Shown here: piece after piece, positions 1 to 8,980 of the stretch
Position numbering within the stretch: position 1 is the first letter of the stretch
Layout of the letters: every line of letters starts with the position of its first letter
NCBI RefSeq assembly: GCF_003057965.1
Contig: NZ_CP020921.1
Span: 1,476,916-1,540,915, forward strand
Direction: 5' to 3'
DNA length: 64,000 nucleotides
Origin: Thermodesulfobium acidiphilum
GTDB lineage: Bacteria > Thermodesulfobiota > Thermodesulfobiia > Thermodesulfobiales > Thermodesulfobiaceae
Program-made: the position numbers and the translations under genes
Notes under the pieces: model-generated
Database searches by the model: none
Told to the model about the DNA's origin: nothing
What the model saw: only the letters and a program-made list of their open reading frames with translations

Positions 1-269
1 TTTATTATTAAAACAGGTTCATCAGGATAAAAGACGCTGCCCTCTTTAAGAGATAAAACTTCTATATCCTTTAATTCATTAAGGATTAGCCTGACTTCAT
101 TAATACCTGCAAAAATAGCCCAATTATAACCAGATGGAAAAGAGGAGGCTTTAATCTCAGCTACAACTTTTTTATTAATGCCTTTTTCCTTAAGGATTCT
201 AAAAGTCCTTAAAAAGTAAGAGTCTGCAGTAAGGCCTTCAATTATATCATCAAAATTTGAAATAAGCAC
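1..269 (-). CDS. Nicotinate phosphoribosyltransferase, N-terminal part (runs off the window edge)
   Basis: Not in the ORF track. My translation from GTG at 269: MLISNFDDIIEGLTADSYFLRTFRILKEKGINKKVVAEI...AIFAGINEV...LSLKEGSVFYPDEPVLII, which matches the NAPRTase N-terminus (TDxYF.RT, G..EV, EG..F...EPVL). Confidence 0.8.
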   Translation of the reverse strand, partial: MLISNFDDIIEGLTADSYFLRTFRILKEKGINKKVVAEIKASSFPSGYNWAIFAGINEVRLILNELKDIEVLSLKEGSVFYPDEPVLII

Positions 270-275
270 TTTATT

Positions 276-989
276 TCAAGACTCTTTTTTTGGTTTTCTA
301 CCACAAGATTTCTCCTCATTGCAATATCCAATGATTTCACACTTTGGGCACAAAAATTCAGAAAGAAAGGGAGAAATCTCAAAAACTCTTTTCTTGATTT
401 CCTCAAACACTAATCTTATTTCCCATTGAGCTCTTTGACAAAGTCTGAGACTAGAAGCATGCATAAGTTCTCTGAAATTCATTGTCATCACAAGAGAGGT
501 GTGAGCGCTATTTGGCAAAATATATCTTGCATCTTCAGCAGGTACCCCTTTAGATAACAGATCCTCATAAAGCCTTCTGCCCAATTCCAAATAATCTCTA
601 TACTTAGTTAAAATCGAGGGATGTTTCTGAAAGGATGGAGGGAAAACATATAAATCTCCAATTTCAATTCTCTTATCAGTTCCTGATGCTAAGGCTTTTA
701 CTCCAAATCTTGTATATCTTTGACTTTTTTGAGTAAATGAAGCAATCCTGTGTCTTACAAGTTGATGCGAACAAGACCTGGAAATGTTTTCAATACCAAA
801 TGTAAAAGAAACGTGTTCAAAGGGCGTGTGATGTCCCATTTTATATAGCCTTTTTACCAGTTCTTGAGCCTCATCCTCTTTTAGTTCAGAATAAACGCCA
901 AGAATAGATTTATTAGTAACCGAAACTCTTGCCCCCAGGGCAATAGCCCTGACAGGGTCTGGAGTGTTGTAAATTAGGGAAACCTTAAT
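276..989 (-). CDS. thyX: FAD-dependent thymidylate synthase ThyX (probable ATT start at 989)
   Basis: Motifs [38 protein letters not shown] and RAQWEIR. The frame stays open upstream of ATG 839 and encodes [23 protein letters not shown], a typical ThyX N-terminus. Confidence 0.95.
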   Translation of the reverse strand: MKVSLIYNTPDPVRAIALGARVSVTNKSILGVYSELKEDEAQELVKRLYKMGHHTPFEHVSFTFGIENISRSCSHQLVRHRIASFTQKSQRYTRFGVKALASGTDKRIEIGDLYVFPPSFQKHPSILTKYRDYLELGRRLYEDLLSKGVPAEDARYILPNSAHTSLVMTMNFRELMHASSLRLCQRAQWEIRLVFEEIKKRVFEISPFLSEFLCPKCEIIGYCNEEKSCGRKPKKES

Positions 990-1209
990 TTTCGCTTTCT
1001 CCCTTATTTTTTTTGCTATATTTCTTGTTAAACTTTTCTATTCTGCCTTCAGTATCAACAAGCTTTTGAGTGCCCGTAAAAAACGGATGACATTTTGAAC
1101 ATATTTCTACCTTTATTGACTTCCTTGTTGATCCAGTGGTAAAGGTATTGCCACAAGCACATGTAACAACACAGTCCTCATAAAATCGAGGATGAATTCC
1201 TTCTTTCAA
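985..1209 (-). CDS. rpmE: 50S ribosomal protein L31 (zinc-binding type)
   Basis: KEGIHP..CACG...[10 protein letters not shown]...[17 protein letters not shown] start at 1209 follows a GGAGGTG RBS. Confidence 0.97.
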   Translation of the reverse strand: MKEGIHPRFYEDCVVTCACGNTFTTGSTRKSIKVEICSKCHPFFTGTQKLVDTEGRIEKFNKKYSKKNKGESEN

Positions 1210-1310
1210 TTGATACACCTCCAATTCAAGTTAAGATATTTTAACATAAATTAAAAAAGAATATATAATTAACAAGATTATAGAAAATATTTTTTTTAAG
1301 GAGGTAACAT

Positions 1311-1673
1311 ATGTCTGAGAAACTTGTCGTAACAGTAACAGTTGGTCCTGACGATCCAGAAAAAGCCACATTTGCATTTATTATGGCCAATACAGCCTTG
1401 ATAATGGAAATGGACGTAACAATGATATTTCAATCTAACGGCATTTACAATGTAACCAAAGGTACATATGAGCACATAAGAGCAGTTGAACATGAGAGCA
1501 TCAAAGAACACGTCGAAAATTTTATTGAAAACGGCGGAAAACTTCTTGCATGTATTCCCGCCTGCATTTCCAAAGAAATACCTAAAGATCAGCTCATAGA
1601 TGGTGTTCAAATGATAAAAGCAGGAAGGGCGCTCAAAGAGATGATGGAAGCAGATCTTGTCCTGAATTATTAA
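1311..1673 (+). CDS. DsrE/DsrF-like family protein
   Basis: TVGPDDPEKATFAF..A..AL and ACIPAC pattern, 120 aa, AAGGAGG RBS. Confidence 0.85.
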   Translation: MSEKLVVTVTVGPDDPEKATFAFIMANTALIMEMDVTMIFQSNGIYNVTKGTYEHIRAVEHESIKEHVENFIENGGKLLACIPACISKEIPKDQLIDGVQMIKAGRALKEMMEADLVLNY

Positions 1674-1724
1674 AGCTTATTTATATACTATCTAACAAAA
1701 ATATTTTTAAATAGTTTATAAACA

Positions 1725-1773
1725 AAACAACAAGGTGTACGAACCACATATAAGTTCATACACCTTGTTGTTT
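1725..1773. terminator. Bidirectional hairpin terminator between the dsrE-like gene and cydB
   Basis: AAACAACAAGGTGTACGAAC-9nt-GTTCATACACCTTGTTGTTT, a 20-bp stem with one mismatch, between convergent genes. Confidence 0.75.
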
Positions 1774-1777
1774 GTAT

Positions 1778-2788
1778 TTAATAACCTTCTCCTTTACCTT
1801 CCTTTATCTTATAACTAAACGTTTTATATGTCCAAAATTTATAGAAGAGCACGATTGGAACAAATATTATAACAACAATTGTCATCACAGCTAGGGTATA
1901 TTGACTCGAAGATGAATTAAATGCGCTCAAGCTAAAGGCATTGTTAATACTAGACGGAATAAGATTTGGATATAGACCGCCTACACCAGTAAAGGTTAAG
2001 AATATTATGCATATAGCTGATGACAAAAAAGCCATAATTTCTGAAGAGTTAATAAAAAATCCTGCACCCAAAAGGCCAATCACGCACAAAATGGGAACCA
2101 CAAGAAGAATGGGCATGGAAAAATAGTTAGAATAGAGATTGGTTACGAAGTAAGCGCTTACAAAGAACAAAACAGCAAAAAACAGTGTTACAAACCAAAG
2201 CTTTTTAGCAATTGATTTAGCTCTAACATTTATATCTCCTTCAGTTCTAAAAGAGAGCCAAAGGGAACCATGTAGTAGAAATGCTACCACAAACAAAATT
2301 CCAGTGATTAAACCAAATGGATTAAGAAGCGTTAATAAATTTCCATGATAGCCATTTTGATCTATTGGAAGACCCTGGAATATATTTCCAAAAGCTACTC
2401 CTAAAAGAAGCGCAGGCAATAAGCTTCCAAGGAAAAACCCAAACTCTAACAAAGAAATCATAGTTGGATTATTTACTTTATATCTAAATTCAAGGCAAAC
2501 TGCTCTTATGATTAAACCATATAAAATAAGCATTAATGGAAGATATAGAAAACTAAACATATAAGCGTAAGTAATAGGAAATGCTGCAAATGTTGCGCCA
2601 CCAGCAGTTATAAGCCATACTTCGTTAGCATCCCAAACAGGTCCAATACTTTCAAGCATTGCCTTTTTATCCTGATCCGTTTTAGCAAAAAAGGGAAAGA
2701 GAATCCCAATCCCCAGATCAAAACCATCAAGCGCAAAATACATAGCCCAAAGAAGTCCCCAAATAATAAACCAAAGAATATTTAACAC
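1778..2788 (-). CDS. cydB: Cytochrome bd oxidase subunit II
   Basis: LDGFDLGIG, IGPVWDANEVWLITAGGATFAAFP and LLGVAFGN motifs. Confidence 0.97.
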   Translation of the reverse strand: MLNILWFIIWGLLWAMYFALDGFDLGIGILFPFFAKTDQDKKAMLESIGPVWDANEVWLITAGGATFAAFPITYAYMFSFLYLPLMLILYGLIIRAVCLEFRYKVNNPTMISLLEFGFFLGSLLPALLLGVAFGNIFQGLPIDQNGYHGNLLTLLNPFGLITGILFVVAFLLHGSLWLSFRTEGDINVRAKSIAKKLWFVTLFFAVLFFVSAYFVTNLYSNYFSMPILLVVPILCVIGLLGAGFFINSSEIMAFLSSAICIIFLTFTGVGGLYPNLIPSSINNAFSLSAFNSSSSQYTLAVMTIVVIIFVPIVLFYKFWTYKTFSYKIKEGKGEGY

Positions 2789-2799
2789 AATTTCACCCC

Positions 2800-4116
2800 C
2801 TAATCCGTTTCTAATGGACCCTTACGGGCATAATAGATTAAAAGTGCAAAATCAAGAACTGCAAGTGCAGTATACAGAACAATAAAAACCCCTAAAGTTA
2901 GTAATACGTCTCCAACGGTTAAATTCTTACTAACAGCATCATTTGTTCTCAATAGTCCATACACTATCCATGGTTGTCTACCCACTTCTGCAAGAATCCA
3001 ACCTACCTGAGTCGCAATATAAGGGAGAGGAAGAGAATATAACATAATTTTCAAAAAGGTTCGATGTTCAAGCAATTTATCTTTCCTTGCATACCACCAG
3101 GCTAAAATTGTTAAGATAATAAAGAGTGTCCCTAATCCTACCATAATCCTGAAACTTAGAAAAACAGGAGTTACAGGAGGAATATCATTTTCAGGAAAAC
3201 TATTAAGACCTCGTACTGTAGCGTTGGGATCATGATATGCAAGTAAGCTTAGAAGAGATGGTATTGGAAATGCTTCAACCAAATTGGTTTTTTTTGATTC
3301 ATCAGGCACTAAAATTAGATATATTGGTGCAGCCTTTTCAGTATTCCAAAGAGACTCCATTGCAGCTAATTTTGTTGGCTGAACGTGAGCTACCTCAGCA
3401 GCATGAAAATCTCCAATCAAAAAAACCAACACGCTGGCAATCAAACCAAAGGTGGCACCAATATAAAACGACTTTTTAAAAAATTCTACATTTTGTTTCT
3501 TCAAAAGATGATAAGCCGAAATTCCCATCACAAAAAACGAACCTACAACAAATCCTGCAGTAATAGTGTGAGTAAATTTCAGCCATGCATAAGGGCTAAA
3601 TACTACAGCAAAAAAGTCTGTCATCTCAGCCCTGTTGTTTTTTAGAACAAAACCAACTGGATCTTGCATCCAGGCATTGGCAATAAGTATCCATAAAGCA
3701 GACAAATTTGACGAAAAAGCCACGAGCCAGATACTGATTAAGTGCATTTTAGGAGATATTCTTTTCCAGCCAAAAAGCCAAACGCCCAAAAATGTTGATT
3801 CAAGGAAAAAGGCAAGTGTGGCCTCTATTGCTAGAGGTGCACCAAAAATATCTCCTACATAAATAGAATATTGTGCCCAGTTAGTTCCAAATTGGAATTC
3901 AAGAGTAATGCCAGTAACAATTCCCAAAATAAAATTAATTAAAAACAATCTACCCCAAAACTTTGTCATTTTCAGATATACTTCGTTTTTTGTCTTGTAA
4001 TAAAGAGTTTCCATTATAGCTACAAGAATACCAAGACCTAAAGTTAATGGAACAAAAATAAAGTGATACATCGCAGTTGCACCAAATTGCAACCGTGACA
4101 ACATTACAGCATCCAT
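2800..4116 (-). CDS. cydA: Cytochrome bd oxidase subunit I (short Q-loop)
   Basis: SRLQF..TAMYHFIFVPLTLG, EFQFGTNW, QPTKLAAME and EVGRQPW motifs. Confidence 0.97.
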   Translation of the reverse strand: MDAVMLSRLQFGATAMYHFIFVPLTLGLGILVAIMETLYYKTKNEVYLKMTKFWGRLFLINFILGIVTGITLEFQFGTNWAQYSIYVGDIFGAPLAIEATLAFFLESTFLGVWLFGWKRISPKMHLISIWLVAFSSNLSALWILIANAWMQDPVGFVLKNNRAEMTDFFAVVFSPYAWLKFTHTITAGFVVGSFFVMGISAYHLLKKQNVEFFKKSFYIGATFGLIASVLVFLIGDFHAAEVAHVQPTKLAAMESLWNTEKAAPIYLILVPDESKKTNLVEAFPIPSLLSLLAYHDPNATVRGLNSFPENDIPPVTPVFLSFRIMVGLGTLFIILTILAWWYARKDKLLEHRTFLKIMLYSLPLPYIATQVGWILAEVGRQPWIVYGLLRTNDAVSKNLTVGDVLLTLGVFIVLYTALAVLDFALLIYYARKGPLETD

Positions 4117-4210
4117 AATTTTCCCCCTTTCTTTTTTTATTATAATAAATTATAGTTATTAATACTTAAAAGTCAATAGGAATAAGAATTATTTTTAAGA
4201 GGTGATTTTT

Positions 4211-5395
4211 GTGAAAATTAATAAAGACTCCAGAATATCTATGTCAATAGATATAATATGGGAAGAGGATAATGTTAAACACGTTGAAAATTACTTTATT
4301 AGACCACATATGTGGCTTGATGCTGATACCCTACCAAAAAATTTATACGAATGGCTGGAAGGAAAAGATGTAGGAGACATTTTTGAGTTTACTTACAGCG
4401 CAGGAGAATTATTTGAACCATATTCATCAAAAAATATACTTCCAATAAAATGGATTTCAGAAGAAGAGAAAAGTTTTTTTAAAGTTGGCAGATTTTATCC
4501 TCTTGAAACCTTAATGGGTAGAGAAGGGAAAAATTCAATAGAAAAGCCTTTTTTCAGGTGTATAGAAAAGAGAGACGATCTGTTCTTTGCAGACTTTAAT
4601 CATCCTTTATCAGAAAAAAGATGTACTCTTAGAGCCAAGATAATAAAGGTAGTAGAACAATTAGAAGTAAAGTGTGGCACTGGAGGAATTTGCTATGATT
4701 GGTTGTCAGAATTTGGCTTTGGAATTGGAATGCAAGGAAAATTTAAACAAATTGAAACAGATTTCTATTCTGAAAATTCTTTTATTGTCGAAGACTCGGA
4801 TGAAAGCGGAATATTTTATGAAAGCAACTCTTCCATAATAAACGTTGATTTGGTATTAAAAAATAAAATAGGTGAAGTATTAGAAAATATTATTAATGAT
4901 AACTCAAAAATCCTTGATATTATGGGTAGAGCTACACCTTATTTAAGAAATAATCCAGATATAACAATCGTTGGATTAAACAAAGAAGTTTCCTCATTAA
5001 ACAAAAAGATTTCATCAATTAATAATAAAAATATCTTTAAGGATTCTCGTCTTCCTTATCATGACAACCAATTCGATATAGTAATATGTAGCTTTTGTTT
5101 TGAATATATACCTCACCCACATGAGTTTGCGAGTGAGGTAAAGAGAGTTCTAAAAGCTGATGGTTCTTTTGTAACAATATTTACAAATAGATACTTCAAG
5201 CCAAAATCAATTTTACTTTGGTCTGAACTAAACGAATTCGAAAGGCTTGGATATTTGCAAGACATTTACAAAAAAACCAACTTCAAAGAAATTAATACTT
5301 ATACGTCGCGTGGATATCTAAGAGCCCTTTCGGATCCAGAAGCGGTAATAGACAGACACAGCGCTCCACTTTTCCTTATAAAGGGTAACAAATAG
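4211..5395 (+). CDS. Class I SAM-methyltransferase-like protein with an N-terminal FKBP/SlyD-like region
   Basis: DFNHPL (SlyD-like) in the N-terminal half. C-terminal LPYHDNQFDIVICSFCFEY..P..F..EVKRVLK.DG..VTIFTNR.F..K.I..W. GTG at 4211 follows GAGGTG. Confidence 0.7.
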   Translation: MKINKDSRISMSIDIIWEEDNVKHVENYFIRPHMWLDADTLPKNLYEWLEGKDVGDIFEFTYSAGELFEPYSSKNILPIKWISEEEKSFFKVGRFYPLETLMGREGKNSIEKPFFRCIEKRDDLFFADFNHPLSEKRCTLRAKIIKVVEQLEVKCGTGGICYDWLSEFGFGIGMQGKFKQIETDFYSENSFIVEDSDESGIFYESNSSIINVDLVLKNKIGEVLENIINDNSKILDIMGRATPYLRNNPDITIVGLNKEVSSLNKKISSINNKNIFKDSRLPYHDNQFDIVICSFCFEYIPHPHEFASEVKRVLKADGSFVTIFTNRYFKPKSILLWSELNEFERLGYLQDIYKKTNFKEINTYTSRGYLRALSDPEAVIDRHSAPLFLIKGNK

Positions 5396-5719
5396 TTATT
5401 TATCACTTTCTTTAATAGAATCTTTGTTGACAAATTCGTAGTTGCCATCGGTTCTAATTTTCAAAAGCTTGCCGTTCACTAGAAAATCAGCTAATTTTTT
5501 CCCTGCAATATCTACAGTCCTACCCACTGTCTGTCTGGACACCCCAAGCTTCCTTGCAGCCTTATCCTGATCTAAACCTTCACCAAAAACGAGTCTTAAG
5601 GTCTCTACTTCATCGAGATCCATTAAGACCTCGTCTTTGATCTTTCCTGCACCTTTTGGAGCATATACACTGTACTTTGGCTCCATTTGAATAAACCTTT
5701 TCAACTTTGGCCTAGGCAC
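5396..5719 (-). CDS. DUF134 family putative DNA-binding protein
   Basis: PRPK..R, E.ETLRL..EGLDQ..AA.KLGVSRQT HTH. GTG start at 5719 has AAGGAG about 10 nt upstream. Confidence 0.88.
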   Translation of the reverse strand: MPRPKLKRFIQMEPKYSVYAPKGAGKIKDEVLMDLDEVETLRLVFGEGLDQDKAARKLGVSRQTVGRTVDIAGKKLADFLVNGKLLKIRTDGNYEFVNKDSIKESDK

Positions 5720-5879
5720 TTCAATCATCTCCTTATATAAAAAAATTATCTTTAAAAACAATAACATTGTAGCATATTGCAATAATTAAAGATTAAAGAA
5801 TTTTGTTACTTTCTAATGAAGGTCCTCGTATATAAAGTATTCGAAAATTTTGAACCAAACATTTGAGGAGGTAAAAAAA

Positions 5880-6347
5880 GTGAAAAAGTTTTTTGTAGGA
5901 TTTATGGTTTTAGCTTTACTTGCTTCTGTATGGTTTATGGGGAATTCCTTTGCCTTTTCTTCAGGAGCTTTTGGACCAGGTTCTGGTTATGATTATGCGT
6001 TTAATCAATTCCATAACAGACAGAGTTTGAATTACAAACAAAGAGAAAACTTTCAATTAGAAAGAATGAAAGAAAAACTTAATCTTACAGACGAACAAGT
6101 TAACCAGATCAAATCGCTTTTGGATGAAAAATATGCAAAGCTTAAAGTCCTGAGAACAAAACTTTGGAACCTACACAACGATTACAGAAATCTTGTTGTT
6201 AACAAGGCTGATACATCTCAACTTGAATCAAAAATTAAAGAAATAAATAGCACAAGAGTAGAAATTATGAATCTAAACACCGATTATAGAATTAAGATCT
6301 TAGAAGTTTTGACTCCTGAACAAAGAATTTTAATGTCTATGAAATAG
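5880..6347 (+). CDS. Spy/CpxP family exported protein (LTxxQ motifs)
   Basis: Signal peptide, LNLTDEQ and VLTPEQR motifs. GTG at 5880 follows GAGGAGG. Confidence 0.85.
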   Translation: MKKFFVGFMVLALLASVWFMGNSFAFSSGAFGPGSGYDYAFNQFHNRQSLNYKQRENFQLERMKEKLNLTDEQVNQIKSLLDEKYAKLKVLRTKLWNLHNDYRNLVVNKADTSQLESKIKEINSTRVEIMNLNTDYRIKILEVLTPEQRILMSMK

Positions 6348-6367
6348 ATAAAATAAATATAATCTTT

Positions 6368-6409
6368 CAAACATCTACCGCTGTTCTATAGAACAGCGGT
6401 AGATGTTTG
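6368..6409. terminator. Perfect 42-bp palindrome, probable terminator hairpin after the spy-like gene
   Basis: CAAACATCTACCGCTGTTCTA|TAGAACAGCGGTAGATGTTTG. Confidence 0.7.
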
Positions 6410-6460
6410 CTTTAAAATTGTATAATTAGATAATTAAATATAACTAGAAGGGGGATAAAA

Positions 6461-7120
6461 ATGGAATTTGAAAAAAACGGCGCAATTTTACAAAGAGACA
6501 AAAAAACGTACGCTGTTGTTGCAAGAATTCCCTGTGGAATTCTTTCTCTCGAAACAATGGAAACCATTTCTTCGGTGGTAAAAAAATACTCTATACCCGT
6601 AATTAAAATATCATCAGGGCAAAGAATTGTCTTAGTAGGTATCAAACCTGATAAAATAGACTCAGTTTGGTCAGATTTAAAAACCGGGATAGGAAGGGCA
6701 CTCGAACCATGCTTACACTACGTTCAAGCGTGTCCCGGAACTAGCGTTTGTAGGTTCGGGCAAAGAAATTCTCTTGAAATGGGGATGAAATTGGAAAATA
6801 TCTTATATGGTTTGCCAACAGCAGCAAAATTAAAAATTGGTGTATCAGGATGTCCATTTAATTGTGGTGAGGCCTTTACAAGAGATATTGGCTTGATTGG
6901 CACTGTTAAGGGTTGGAAATTAGTTTTTGGTGGAAACTCTGGTAGAGTACCAAGAATCGGGAATGTAATAAAAGAGGAACTATCTGACGAAGAAGCTATA
7001 AGTTTAATAAAAAAAGCTATAAAGGTTTACACAGAAAAGGCCAATCCAAAAGACAGAACTGCAAGATTTATTGAAAAATTCGGCTTAGAAAACTTTAAAA
7101 ATGAAATATTTAGTTCTTAA
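6461..7120 (+). CDS. Stand-alone nitrite/sulfite reductase ferredoxin-like plus 4Fe-4S domain protein
   Basis: GAILQRDKKTYA, ACPG...C, KLKIGVSGCPFNCGE...DIGLIG. Confidence 0.85.
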   Translation: MEFEKNGAILQRDKKTYAVVARIPCGILSLETMETISSVVKKYSIPVIKISSGQRIVLVGIKPDKIDSVWSDLKTGIGRALEPCLHYVQACPGTSVCRFGQRNSLEMGMKLENILYGLPTAAKLKIGVSGCPFNCGEAFTRDIGLIGTVKGWKLVFGGNSGRVPRIGNVIKEELSDEEAISLIKKAIKVYTEKANPKDRTARFIEKFGLENFKNEIFSS

Positions 7121-7200
7121 ATTTGCAAAACTTTTTGTGATATAATGAAAAATTTATGATTATTTATTGAACTAAAAAATATATCCAGAAGAGGTATATT

Positions 7201-8415
7201 GTGAGTTCTTTTATTGCCAGACAACCAATATTAAATGCTGATAAAAAAACATTCGGATATGAAGTTTTATACAGAGATTCAAATAAAAACGAATTCCCAG
7301 AAGAAAATCCAGAAGAAGCATCGCTAAAGGTTTTGGTGGATCTTTTTACCAACTACGGCATTACTTACATAGGGAAAGGCTTGCCTATATTTATAAATAC
7401 ACCACTTTATACCTTAAAAAAATCTCTTCCACCCTTTCCAAAAGAATCCATATTTTTTGAAATAAATCAAACAGAAATAAACAATAACTTTGATCTGTCA
7501 TTTATAAAAGAACTCCATTATTCTAGTTTCAATTTATCATACCAGGGTTCAGATTTGCCTCACCAATCAATTTTACGCTTTTTCAATGCAATAAAAATCG
7601 ACTTCTCTATTGCCCCAAAAGAAAAAAGATCTCTTTTACCAAAATATATACCTCAAAACAAAGTATTAATTGCCCACAAGATAGAAAACAATCTCTTATA
7701 TGAGGAAGCTTTAGAAGAAGGATACAAACTTTTTCAAGGTTTTTATTTTTCAAAACCAGAGACTCTAACGAAAAAAAACTTTACTGCATCACAAATTGAA
7801 ATCTTAAACATCATAAAAATGCTCTTATCTGAAAATTTAAAATGGGATAGGATTGAAAAAGAGATAAAGAAAAACGCATATTTGACAATCAAAATTCTAA
7901 AACTCGTTAATTCTTCATTTTTCGGCTTTAGATGTGAAGTAAAATCAGTTTTACAAGCAATAGTTCTTCTAGGAAGAAAGCAAATGATAAAATGGCTTAT
8001 TATGATACTTCTTACCGAGAAAACCACAGCTCCCTTAGAACTTCTAAAAATTACTCTCACGAGGGCAAGATTAATGCAACTTTTAGCACAGGAGACTTCA
8101 AAAAAGTTCAAAGAGGATGAGTATTATCTTATTGGTTTACTCTCTCTTTTTGACGTAATAACTGGTTTTTCAAAAGAAAATCTTTTGATTCATCTTCCGC
8201 TGAGCGAGACAATCTCAAACGCTATAAAGGGCGTAGATAACCCACAAACAAGGAGCTATCTACAAGCTTTAAAGCTTGTAGAGCTCTATGAAAAAGGAGA
8301 CTGGGAAAAAGTTATATCAATGTGTTATGAACTTAGAATCAGACATGAAAGGATGGGAAACCTTTATATGGAAGCAATCAGTTGGGCAGATGAAACCCTT
8401 GAATCGATAGCCTAG
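7201..8415 (+). CDS. EAL-HDOD domain protein (YuxH-like)
   Basis: FIARQPI, GYEVLYR, FQGFYFSKP, KILKLVNS..FG and V.S..QAIVLLG. Confidence 0.9.
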   Translation: MSSFIARQPILNADKKTFGYEVLYRDSNKNEFPEENPEEASLKVLVDLFTNYGITYIGKGLPIFINTPLYTLKKSLPPFPKESIFFEINQTEINNNFDLSFIKELHYSSFNLSYQGSDLPHQSILRFFNAIKIDFSIAPKEKRSLLPKYIPQNKVLIAHKIENNLLYEEALEEGYKLFQGFYFSKPETLTKKNFTASQIEILNIIKMLLSENLKWDRIEKEIKKNAYLTIKILKLVNSSFFGFRCEVKSVLQAIVLLGRKQMIKWLIMILLTEKTTAPLELLKITLTRARLMQLLAQETSKKFKEDEYYLIGLLSLFDVITGFSKENLLIHLPLSETISNAIKGVDNPQTRSYLQALKLVELYEKGDWEKVISMCYELRIRHERMGNLYMEAISWADETLESIA

Positions 8416-8900
8416 CCAAGCTTGTAACCTATTTTTCTTAAAAAGGCTTTTCTCTTGCTCTTATCTTCTAAATTTTCAACACCTTTAGGTTTAAGCCCGT
8501 CAATAACACCCAATATTCCTCCATTCCCTTCATCATCATAAGAAACCACAACCTTAACATTGTTAGCAGTAGCACAAAAGATTGATACAACTTCTTGACA
8601 ATTTTTTAAGGAATTAAGTACGTTTATAGGAAATGCATCTTTCAAAACAATAATAAAGCTGTGTCCACAAGAGAGAGATATCAAATTTTGTACAGCAATA
8701 TTTATGAGTTCCTCATCATTACCTTCTGTTCGAATCAAGCAATCGCCAGAAGCCTCTGAAAAAGCAATACCAAATTTGGCAGCAGGATTAGAAGATACTA
8801 TAATTTCATAAATATCTTCAATTGTTTTGATAAAATGAGCTTGCCCTAATATTATGTTAGCATCGCCTGGAAAATTTATCTTTTTTAACTCTAGTTTCAT
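8412..8900 (-). CDS. Adenosine-specific kinase family protein (DUF355)
   Basis: NIILGQAHFIKTIED, FGIAFSEASG, FPINVLN, FCATAN and FLRKIGYK. Confidence 0.92.
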   Translation of the reverse strand: MKLELKKINFPGDANIILGQAHFIKTIEDIYEIIVSSNPAAKFGIAFSEASGDCLIRTEGNDEELINIAVQNLISLSCGHSFIIVLKDAFPINVLNSLKNCQEVVSIFCATANNVKVVVSYDDEGNGGILGVIDGLKPKGVENLEDKSKRKAFLRKIGYKLG

Positions 8901-8980
8901 CTTCACCCTCCATTCTATCTTTATAGATTTTAATGATACAATTTTAACAATAAAAAGAAAAAGAAAAAAGGAGAATCAAA

